Below, in pieces: positions 54,050 to 64,000 of a stretch of DNA of 64,000 nt. A program made the translations under genes and the position numbers. A model generated the notes under the pieces. That model ran no database searches, was not told where the DNA came from, and saw nothing but the letters and a program-made list of their open reading frames with translations. This DNA comes from Stegostoma tigrinum (Eukaryota). The stretch spans positions 37,582,470-37,646,469 of the forward strand of contig NC_081359.1 of assembly GCF_030684315.1 (NCBI RefSeq), given 5' to 3'. Within the stretch, counting starts at the first letter, position 1, and each line of letters starts with the position of its first letter.

Positions 54050-57000
54050 TTCAGTGGTTGTCTCTTCCACTACAACTTTCTTGTGATCTCTTCAGCCTTG
54101 AAACTGCTCAATCTCATCCTGAAGCAAACCGAGGGACTGCAGCCACATCACTTTTTTTTAGTACCTGCCTGCAAAACCAGATCATCCCCAATGAACTACA
54201 GTAGTCCACATTCAGGACTTCCTAACTTTGCCCCAACAGTGACAATATCTGTGTTCAGAACACTGAGACCCTTCACAAGCGTTTCTCCCTGCGACCCCTG
54301 AGACACTTACTCGCAGGAATGCGCTGGCATCTCCAGGCACTACAATCAAGCCTACCCCAGCTCAGAGCCTCCCTCTCCCAGACCTGCAAAAGACCTGTCC
54401 TGTTTTTTATTCTTCTTCAGATCCATAACCTGAACTCACATTTCTACACAGCTTTATTTGAAACTAAAAACCATAAGTACAGTAAACTTACTGGTACCTA
54501 CCACCCAAAATGGGCCTACTCCACCTCCCAAATCACCAACCCTACTCAGAACCCTCCCCACAATGTACCCGCCACCATTGGCCATGTGGCCACTATTGGA
54601 GCACCCACAGCTAATGTCACATCCTCCGCTGCCAGGCACACCACTTCTGAGACAGCGAACGCCATCGACACTGCTGCTGATGACATTTCCAAGGCTAACA
54701 CCATAGACACTGAGGACGCACCTACCATCACCCCTGCTGCCACCACCTACCCCGCTCTGCTGACCACTGACACTGCTCCACCCACCACCGACCCCAACGC
54801 AACTCCGCCCACCGCCAACGCTGATACAACTCTGCCCAGCGCCGACACTGATGCAATGCCGCCCACCACCGCCGATGCAACTCCGCCCATAGCTGATGCT
54901 GCATGGCCCACCACGAATGCTGACATCACTCCGTCCACCGCGTCTACAGCCAGCAGCTCCAGAGGAGACATCAGCACCCAGCCCTGCCGAGTCTTCGCCA
55001 TCCTCCCAGATCTCGCCCTTGCAGAGAATGAACAGTCAGTCCCCAGTAAAGGGCTAATCTTTGACCCCCTCCACCCACACATCAACGAATACCGGTCACA
55101 TTTGGACATTGAGCAATTTTTCCGCCGCCTCTGCCTCCGTGTTTACTTCTTTAACAGTGAACCTAACCCTCCCTCTACTGACCCCTTCTCCCACCTCCAA
55201 CACAGCCCCTCCTCCTGGACGCCACCCCAAGGCCTTCTACCCTCCCTCGATCTCTTCATCTCCAATTGTCGTTGAGATATCAGTTACCACAACTTTTCCA
55301 CTCCTCTCACCCAATCCATCCTCCCCCCCACAGAATATGCAGCCCTCCACTTCCTCTGCTCCAATTCCAATCTCACCATAAAACCCGCGGACAAGGGAGG
55401 CGCAATTGTAGTATGGCACACTGATCTCTGCATCGCCGAGGCCAGGCATCAACTCTCCAACACCACCTCCTACCGCCCCCTTAATCACCCGATCACTGAA
55501 CCATCATCTCCCAAACCATCCACAATCTCATCACTTCAGGTGACCTCCCACCCACAACCTCCAACCTCATCGTTCCCCAACCCCACACCGACCGCTTCTG
55601 TCTCCTTCCCAAAATCCACAAACCTGACTGCCCTGGTCGACCCATAGTCTCCGCCTGCGCCTGCCCCACCGAACTTGTCTCCACCCATCTCAACTCCTTT
55701 TTTCTCCCACTTTGGCCAGGAACTCCCTACCTAAGTCCGTGATACCACCCACGCCGTCCAGAACTTCCAATTCCCTGATCCCCAACACCTCATCTTTACC
55801 ATGGACATTCCCCATACAGGTGGCCTAAAGGCCCTCTGCTTCTTCCTGTCCCGCAGGCCCAACCTGTCCCCCTCCACTGACATCCTCATCCGCTTAGCTG
55901 AACTCATCCTCACCCTCAACAACTTTTCTTTCAATTCCTCCCACTTCCTACAGACAAACGGGATGGCCATGGGTACCCACATGGGCCCAAGTTAAGCCTG
56001 CATCTTCATAGGTTACATGGAACAATCCCTCTTCTGTATCTACACTGGCCCCAAACCCCACCTCTTCCTCCGATACATTGATGACTGTATCAGCGCTGCC
56101 CCGTGCACCCTTGAGGAACTTGAACAGTTCATCCACTTCACCAGCACCTTCAACCTCAACCTTAAGTTCACCTGGACCATCTCTAATACCTCTCTCCTTC
56201 CTGGACCTCTCTGTCTCCAGCCTCTTTGGCAGCCACCTAGAAACCGATATCTATTTCAAGCCCACCAACTCCCACAGCTACCTAAAATACACCTCCTCCC
56301 ACCTACTTTCCTGCAAAAATGCCATCACCTATTCGCACTTCCTTCGGCTCCGCCACATCTGCTCCCAGAATGAGGCATTCCACTCACGTACACCTCAGAT
56401 GTCCTTATTTTTCAAGGACCGCAACTTCCCCCCATCAGTGGTCGAAAACGCCCTCTACCGTGTCTCCTGCATTTCCCACAACTCATATCTCACACCCCCT
56501 CCCCACAATAAAAACCAAAACAGAATCCCCCTCGTCCTCACGTACCAGCCCACCAACCTCTGGATCTAACGCATAATCTTCCGACACTTCCGCCATCTGC
56601 AATCTGACCCCATCACCAAAGACATTTTTTCTCTCCCCACCCTTATCTGCCATCCAGAAGTACCACTCTCTGGAACTCCCTGGTCCGCTCCACACTTCCA
56701 TCCATCCCCAGCACTTTTCTCTGCAACCTCAGGAAGTGCTGCACCTGCCCCTATACCTCCACCCTCACCCCCATCCCAGGCCCCAAGAAGACTTTCCACA
56801 TCAAGCAGATGATCACCTGCACATCTGCTAATGTGGTATACTGCATCTGCTGTTCCCGTTGTGACCTCCTCCACGCTGGAGAAACCAAGCAGAAGCTTGG
56901 GAACCGCTTTGCAGAACACCTCCGCTCAGTTTGCACTAAACAACTGCACCTCCCAGTCGCGAACCATTTTAACTCCACCTCGCATTCCTCAGACAACATG

Positions 57001-57180
57001 GCCATCCAGGGTCCCCTGCAGTGTCACAACAATGCTACCCGAAGTTTGCAGGAACAGCATCTCATATTCCACTTGGGAACCCTGCAACCCAATAGTATCA
57101 ATGTGGACTTCACAAGCTCCAAAATCTCCTCTCCCCCTACCACATCCCAAAACCAGCCCAGCTTGTCCCCGCCTCCCTAA
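54050..57180 (+). pseudogene. PLE polyprotein (N-terminal domain, low-complexity insert, RT, Cys linker, GIY-YIG), disrupted
   Basis: TCLQNQIIP; PSKGLIFDP; IKPADKGGAIVVW; LLPKIHKPDCPGRPIVS; QTNGMAMGT; RYIDD; NVVYCICCSRCDLLHAGETKQKL. Confidence 0.9.
54720..54950 (+). repeat. In-frame degenerate minisatellite encoding Thr/Ala/Pro/Asp repeats
   Basis: TTDTAPP TTDPNATPP TANADTTLPS ADTDAMPP TTADATPP IADAAWP TTNADITPS. Confidence 0.8.
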
Positions 57181-60100
57181 CCTGTCCTTCCTCCCACCTG
57201 TCCCCTCCTCCCACCTCAAACCCCACCCTCATTCCCTACCTACTAACCTCATCCCACCCCCTTGACCTGTCCGTCCTCCCTGGGCAGAGCTATGTCCTCC
57301 CTACCTCCCCACCTACACTCACCTTTACTGGCTCCATCCCCACCTCTTTGAACTGTCCATCTCCTCTCCACCTATCTTCTCCTCTATCCATCTTCAATCC
57401 GCCTCCCCCTCTCTCCCTATTTATTTCAGAAACCCCTTCCCGTCCCCCATTTCTGAAGAAGGGTCTAGGCCTAAAACGTCAGCTATCCTGCTCCTCTGAT
57501 ACTGTTTGGCCTGCTGCATTCATCCAGCTCTACAACTAGTTATCTCCTTGTTGTAACTGTGCTGGAACAGCTTGGCTAGGGCAGTGGCAAGTTCTGGAGC
57601 ACAAGTCTTCAGTACTATTGCTGGACTGTTGTCAGGGCCGGTAGCTTTTGCAGTATCCATTGCCTCCAACTGTTTCTTGATATCACTTGGAGTGAATCAA
57701 ATTGGTGGAAGACTGGTATCTGTCATGCTGGGGATCATTTGAGTCCAAGATGAATCATGTACTCAGTACTTCTGGCTGAACATTGCTGCAAATGTTTCAG
57801 TCTAATCTTTTGCACTGATGTTCTGGGCTCTTCCATCATTGAGGATAGGAGTATTTGTGGAGCCTCCTCCTCCAGTGAATAGTCTAATTGTCCACCACCA
57901 TTCACAACTGGATGTGGCAGGACTGCAGAGGTTAAATCTGATCTGTTGGTTATGGGATCACTTCACTCTGTCTATCACTTACTGTTTTCACTGTTTGGCA
58001 TGGAAGTGGTCTTGTTTGGTGGCTTCACCACGTTGATACCTGAAGATGAGATATGCCTGGTGCTACTCCTGGCATGCCCTCCTGCAATCTTCATTGAACC
58101 AAGGTTGATCCCCTGGCTTCATTATAATGGTTGAGTGGGGGGATATGCTTGGCCATGAGGTAACAGATTGTGGTGGAATATATTTCGGCCACTGTTGATG
58201 GCCCACAGCACCTCATGGATGCGCAGTCGTGAGTTTCTAGATCTGTGTGAAGACTGTCCCATTTGGCATGCTGATTGTGCCACCCAACACAATGGAGGTT
58301 GTTCTCAATGTGAAGGTGGGACTTCATCTCTACAAGGACTGTGCAATGGTCACGCTTACTGATTCTGTTATGGGCAAATGTAACTGCAGCTGGCAGATTG
58401 GAAGGGCTGAGGTCAAGTGTGCTTTTCCCTCTTGGTTCCCTCACCAACTGCTGCAGAACCAGTCTCACAGCTGTGTCCTTTAGGACCTGACCAACTCGAT
58501 CGGTAGAGCTGTTGCTGTGCCACTGTTGGTGGTGAACATTGAAAGCCCCCACCCAGGGTACATTTTGTGCCCTTGCCATCCTCAGTGCTTCCTCCAAATA
58601 TTGCTCAGCATTGAGTACTGATTCATCAGCTGAAGGAAGACAGTATGTGATAATCAGCAGGAGGTTACCTTGCCCATGTTTAACTTGAAGCCATGAGACT
58701 TTATGGGGTCCAGACCTCACATTCAGGACTCCTAGACCAACATCCTTGACTATATACCACTGCGCCACCCCCCTCTGCTGGGTCTGTCTTGCTGGTGAGA
58801 CAGGACATATCCAGGGATGATAATTGTGGTGTCAGGCACATTGTTTGTAAGGTATCATTCTGTGAGTATGAATATGTCAGGTTGTTGCTTGAATAGTCTG
58901 TGAGACAGCTCTCCCAACTTTGGCGTGAATCCCCAGATGTTAGTGAGGAGGACTTTGCATGGTTGACAGGGCTGTTTCTGCCATTGTCTTTTCCAGTACC
59001 TAGATCGATGTTAGGTGACCCATCTAGTTTCATTTCTTTGAGTCTTTGCAGCAATTGGTGCATCTGAGTGGCTTGTTAGGCCATTTCAGAGGGTAGCTGA
59101 GAGTCTACCAAATTGCAGCGGGTCTGGAGTCTCATGTAGGCCAGACCAGGTGAGTGGTAGCAGATTTCCTTCACTGAAAGACATTAGTGAACCAGATGGG
59201 TTTTTCTGATCATTGGCAATTATTTCATGCTGATCAGTAGATTCTTAATTCCAGACATTTTTTTGAATTCCAATTCTGCCTTCTGCCATGGTGGTATTTG
59301 AACCTGGGGCACCAGAACATCAACTGGGTCTCTAGATTAATAGTCTGGTGCTAAAAGTACTAGGCCATCACCTAACCTCAGGACCTCATTTTAAATTTTT
59401 CACCTGCCCTCTAGTTTTGGACTTCACTACTCCGTGAAAAAGACCTCGACTATTAACCATATCCATTGTCAAGATTTTATAAATGTCTATTAGGTCACCC
59501 TCAGCCTTCGATCCTCTGGGGAAAATAGCCCTGGCCTATTCATCCTCTCCCTCTCGCCCAACCCGTCCAACACTGGAAACATCCTAGTAAATCTTTTCTG
59601 AAACACTTTCAAGTTCCACGACACCCTCCCTATAGCAGAGAGACCAGAATTGAATGCAGTATTCCAAGAGTGACCTGACTAATGCCCTGTACAGCCACAA
59701 CATGACCTCCAATCTCCTATATTAAATACACTGACCAATAATGGTAAGCAAACCAAATGCCATCTTCACCATCCTGACTACCTGTGACTCCACCTTCAAG
59801 GAACCCTTCCTCAGCTGTTATGGCTTCCTGATTCATTAGTATCCCCTAAGTTATCCTTTTTAGCCCTTTGTCTGGCCATTGAGATATGCCTAGTGCTGCT
59901 CCTGGCATGCCCTCTTACATTCTTCATTGATCCAATGTTGATTATAATGGTTGTGTGGGGTATATGCTGGGCCATGAGGTTACAGATTGTGGTGGAATAC
60001 AGTTCTGCCACTGTTGATGGCCCACAGCACCTCATGGATGCGCAGTCTTGAGTTTCTCGATCGGTGTGAATCTCAGCTCATTTATTCCCTTCACACAGGA

Positions 60101-60500
60101 CATCAGCTTTCAAGTGGGCTTTTACCCTGATGGACTTCATACTGTTGCTGTGGCTTCTTGGTGAGTACATCTCAAATCATTTGGTGCATTGGGATGGTCA
60201 GAAGTGATTTCATCTCAGTGGAGGTAAAACCTTTCCAGACCCAAAAAGCCAAATACTTGGTATATTTGAAAATGGACTTAGCGTATATCGAGTAAAGCAT
60301 GGGAAATTCCTGGGTGAGTGACCATATAGGTTGGTGCTAGTAGCTCCCCCTACTTTACAAGAACCCTTTCATTTTCCCAAACTTGTTCCTGGCATTGAAT
60401 TCGAGATAATGGGAACTGCAGATGCTGGAGAATTCCAAGATGATAAAATGTGAGGCTGGATGAACACAGCAGGCCAAGCAGCATCTCAGGAGCACAAAAG

Positions 60501-60532
60501 CTGACGTTTCGGGCCTAGACCCTTCATCAGAG
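60501..60532 (-). ncRNA. Minimal hammerhead ribozyme motif, intact core (family A)
   Basis: Reverse complement CTCTGATGAAGGGTCTAGGCCCGAAACGTCAG. Confidence 0.75.
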
Positions 60533-60754
60533 AGGGGGATGGGGAGAGGGAACTGGAATAAATAGGGAGAGAGGGGGAGGCGGACCGAAGATGGAGAGTA
60601 AAGAAGGTAGGTGGAGAGAGTATAGGTGGGGAGGTAGGGAGGGGATAGGTCAGTCCAGGGAAGACGGACAGGTCAAGGAGGTGGGATGAGGTTAGTAGGT
60701 AGATGGGGGTGCGGCTTGGGGTGGGAGGAAGAGATGGGTGAAAGGAAGAACCGG

Positions 60755-61723
60755 TTAGGGAGGCAGAGACAGGTTGGACTGGTTTTGGGATGCAGTGGGT
60801 GGGGGGGAAGAGCTGGGCTGGTTGTGTGGTGCAGTGGGGGGAGGGGACGAACTGGGCTGGTTTAGGGATGCAGTAGGGGAAGGGGAGATTTTGAAACTGG
60901 TGAAGTCCACATTGATACCATATGGCTGCAGGGTTCCCAGGCGGAATATGAGTTGCTGTTCCTGCAACCTTCGGGTGGCATCATTGTGGCAGTGCAGAAG
61001 GCCCATGATGGACATGTCATCTAGAGAATGGGAGGGGGAGTGGAAATGGTTTGCGACTGGGAGGTGCAGTTGTTTGTTGCGAACTGAGCGGAGGTGTTCT
61101 GCAAAGCGGTCCCCAAACCTCCGCTTGGTTTCTCCAATGTAGAGGAAGCCGCACCGGGTACAGTGGATGCAGTAAACCACATTGGCAGATGTGCAGGTGA
61201 ACCTCTGCTTAATGTGGAATGTCATCTTGGGGCCTGGGATAGGGGTGAGGGAAGAGGTGTGGGGACAAGTGTAGCATTCCCTGCGGTTGCAGGGGAAGGT
61301 GCCGGGTGTGGTGGGGTTGGAGGGCAGTGTGGAGCGAACAAGGGAGTCACGGAGAGAGTGGTCTCTCCAGAAAGCAGACAGGGGTGGGGATGGAAAAATG
61401 TCTTGGGTGGTGGGGTCGGATTGTAAATGACGGAAGTGTCGGAGGATGATGCGTTGTATCCGGAGGTTGGTAGGGTGGTGTGTGAGAACGAGGGGGATCC
61501 TCTTAGGGTGGTTGTGGCGGGGGCGGGGTGTGAGCGATGTGTTGCGGGAAATACGGGAGACGCGGTCAAGGGCGTTCTCGATCACTGTGGGGGGAAAGTT
61601 GCGGTCCTTAAAGAACTTGGACATCTGGGATGTGCGGGAGTGGAATGTCTTATCGTGGGAGCAGATGCGGCGGAGGCGGAGGAATTGGGAATAGGGGATG
61701 GAATTTTTGCAGGGGGGTGGGTG
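60755..61723 (-). pseudogene. Uninterrupted but 5'-truncated PLE ORF (RT thumb, Cys linker, GIY-YIG)
   Basis: SIPYSQFLRLRRICS...GTFPCNRRECYTC...NVVYCIHCTRCGFLYIGETKRRFGDRFAEH; no stops over about 320 codons. Confidence 0.93.
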
Positions 61724-62014
61724 AAGCCGCACCCCCATCTACCTACTAACCTCATCCCACCTCCTTGACCTGTCCGTCTTCCCTGGACTGACCTGTCCCC
61801 TCCCTACCTCCCCAACTATACTCTCTCCACCTATCTTCTTTACTCTCCATCTTCGGTCCGCCTCCCTTCTCTCCCTATTTATTCCAGTTCCCTCTCCCCG
61901 TCCCCCTCTCTGATGAAGTGTCTAGGCCCGAAACGTCAGCTTTTGTGCTCCTGAGGTGCTGCTTGGCCTGCTGTGTTCATCCAGCCTCACATTTTATCAT
62001 CCTGGCATTGAATT

Positions 62015-63930
62015 GATACCTTTGCTAAGTGCCCCTGCAAATCATATGGTTTCATTGTCACTGTCTTGTTGTATACATCCATTGCGCATATCCTGTCTTT
62101 CGCCAGCAGGGGAACAATCATAATCCCTAGTTACTACATATTCCCGTTAAATTTCTGGGAATCCCACTCTCAGAATCAAATCTTTTGATACTTCACCCAT
62201 CACCCATGAAAGCCTCCAGTAGTTATGATCATCCATGTGAGAGAGGTGATCCTAGTCATTTTGATGAATGGATTCTCGAGCAACATGCATTGGTGTCTAT
62301 TAGATATTTTCCCATTCCCCATCCACACATATAAGGAAACAGAATCTTGCTCATTCATTGCACACTGTTGAGCACAAGTATTCAGACTGAGCACAGCCCC
62401 TTCAGAGTGCCGCCGGGACGGAACAGAGGGAGAGATTCCATCCTCAATCTGGGAATGTACCTTTACCTCTGCGTTCCGAGTTCGGCTGCCTCTTGGCGTT
62501 GATCTTCTACCTTTCAGATGTCAAACGGGCCTTCCTTCTTTCAACTATTTGTTGGGAAGATTTCCTTAGGACTCTGTATTCCCAAGTTAAGTAACCCTTC
62601 TGGCCACAACTGTAGCATTTTCTGTCTGCTTTCGGGACCCCGTTTTCCCCTTCTATTCTTCCGTTCCTTCTTCCATATCTTGAAGCTAGGGATTTTGCTA
62701 AGCACACTTTTCTCTTCGACTTCTGTTCTGGCCTCAGTTTTTTTAAATTTCAATGCCTATTTTTGAAACATTTCCCTCAACACTGCTGCTACCATGCTAT
62801 TAGTGACTGGAGGATTGTATTCTTCAAACATTGCCTAAATAAGTAAGGTTTGCCCTATCGAAATCCTCAACCAGTTACTTAAGGTGATATCAATCAGGTC
62901 TTTTCTGTGTCTGGGAGCCCTGAAATGATCATTTCATAAGCTTCCTATAATTGATCCGCATATGAGGCAGCGGCCTTCTTAGGCCATTGCTGATGATTGT
63001 CTAAGAGCTTGGTCAATGGCAACCACTGTATCATTTTGAAGTGCAGCATAGTCTCCTGTTTCCCGTTTAGACATAGCAACGAGGACAGCAAAAAGGCTAC
63101 CAATTAGATAAATAACTATACTCCCCACATCCCTGGACCCTTCCCCTCCCCCCCGCAACTAAATTCTGGAAGTTAGCTATCTAATCCATATCCTGGGAAT
63201 GTCCTAATGGGCCCATCTTAATGTCTAAGTTTGGGAGTTCTGCAGCCATTTGTCAAAATTGGCCAGAGGTATATTGTACCATGTGTTCATGTGCTATCTC
63301 CCAATCCTGTCCACTTGCACTTGGCTTACACCAGCTCTATATCATATGGGCCGTTGGTAGATGTTTACATGGATTCTGGGATGGGGGCCGTCCATGTGAC
63401 TGTCCCTTATCTGAACATCGCTTTCTCGTCCATCTGCCTCAGACCCACCCTTTACATGCGCAACCTGTCTTGTTCACCTCAGAGCCTCCCATATCCTGTC
63501 TACTTCATCCTGAAGTGGCCAATGATATCCCTCCTGATGCTGCCTTTGGGACTTTTCTTTGACCAGACACTGAAAAGCTATTTTCACATCTGTACACTGA
63601 TTTTTTTTGCTTCCTCGGCTCTGCAGGATTGTTTAAATTCCTTTTCTGTCAGACTGTTACACTGCTATTGACTATTGACACATAACAAACTGCAGTCAGC
63701 TAAATCACTTCTCCCTTTCTAACTCAAGAATTTTGATTCCCCTCCTGGTCCACACCTCTGCTTCTCAAATTCCTTCAACAACTTCTCACAACTGCTTCCT
63801 TTTCTGCCTTTTTTTTGTTTCAATTCCTCTATCTCTTGTTGTAAGTTCCGTTCTTTTCTTTGAAATGCCATTAATCAGATAAGTTTTGCTATTCCTGTCT
63901 TAGGATTAGTCCCTCAAGACGACTCATCTG
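62015..63930 (-). pseudogene. Decayed gag-protease region of an LTR retroelement (may continue at 60070-60400)
   Basis: Zinc-knuckle remnant CYSCGQKGYLTWEY (~62575-62618) followed by KYLIDTNA protease-like motif (~62287-62310). Confidence 0.55.
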
Positions 63931-64000
63931 CTTCCTCCATTAGACACTCACACCAAAAAATACGATCTATTGTCACTGGTCTCAACACACATGGACAAAG

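Larger units (their letters stand above)
53645..57546 (+). mobile_element. Near full-length Neptune-like PLE with direct pLTRs (53645-53968 and 57200-57546)
   Basis: Repeated pyrimidine-rich pLTR with decayed hammerheads at ~53879 and ~57453; the host LINE is collinear across it (cagtgt | tgttgtaactg). Confidence 0.93.
52280..59372 (-). mobile_element. Near full-length APE-RT LINE (CR1 group, clade unassigned) with a tRNA-like 5' head; interrupted by two PLEs
   Basis: A/B-box-like head 59064-59372; APE start VLLTNIWG...QQPDIFILTE near 58950; VGAFNVHH; PISLLLIISKVME; FDIKAAFKQVWHQG; IYKTQVRSVVEYSP; poly(A) end at 52280-52290. Confidence 0.88.
52058..59805 (-). mobile_element. CR1 (HER1-like) 3' fragment hosting a nested LINE (pieces 52058-52279 and 59373-59805)
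   Basis: ctcattccatacaagcaccactct resumes collinearly as cctcaggacctc...gccctctagttttggac. Confidence 0.75.
60402..61999. mobile_element. Two-armed Neptune-like PLE insertion, family A (left arm minus, 1.3 kb, tailed; right arm plus, 0.28 kb, tail-less)
   Basis: 15-bp TSD tcctggcattgaatt at 60387-60401 and 62000-62014; blunt junction at 61723/61724. Confidence 0.95.

Noticed and set aside
54319-55275. Stand-alone mucin or antifreeze-like host gene
   Set aside because: It is embedded in frame in the PLE ORF between pLTRs and has no signal peptide.
53099-57546. Solo arm 53099-53223 and the element ending at 57546 as one two-armed insertion
   Set aside because: They carry different subfamily diagnostics (ctcaggagcacaaaagc versus tcctgctcctctg type), have no shared TSD, and collinear host LINE lies between them.
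1-64000. Host protein-coding exons among the listed ORFs
   Set aside because: Every ORF with recognisable motifs is transposon-derived; the rest are short and lack homology or splice context. Small exons cannot be excluded by eye.

Overview
Non-coding, repeat-rich vertebrate DNA, most likely from a shark (inferred from an HE1-type V-SINE and CR1/HER1-like LINEs). No host exon was recognised. The window holds many Penelope-like retroelements (PLEs; RT plus C-terminal GIY-YIG endonuclease) of at least four families, each carrying a minimal hammerhead-ribozyme motif in its 3' pseudo-LTR (pLTR). It also holds decayed CR1-group LINEs, SINEs, Gypsy-type LTR elements and a few repeat-free islands that may be enhancers. 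Main observations: (1) Six insertions of one Neptune-like PLE family are two-armed, with outward-facing 3' ends and 12-18 bp target-site duplications (TSDs). In all six, one arm ends at a 'tail' site and the other ends about 35 nt earlier, while all five solo copies are tailed, suggesting ordered two-site priming. (2) 140-225 bp hairpin mini-copies of this structure mimic MITEs. (3) A near full-length, apparently single-ORF APE-RT LINE begins with a tRNA-like Pol III head, and several SINEs here are that head fused to the LINE's 3' tail. All calls were made by eye; boundaries of old elements are approximate.
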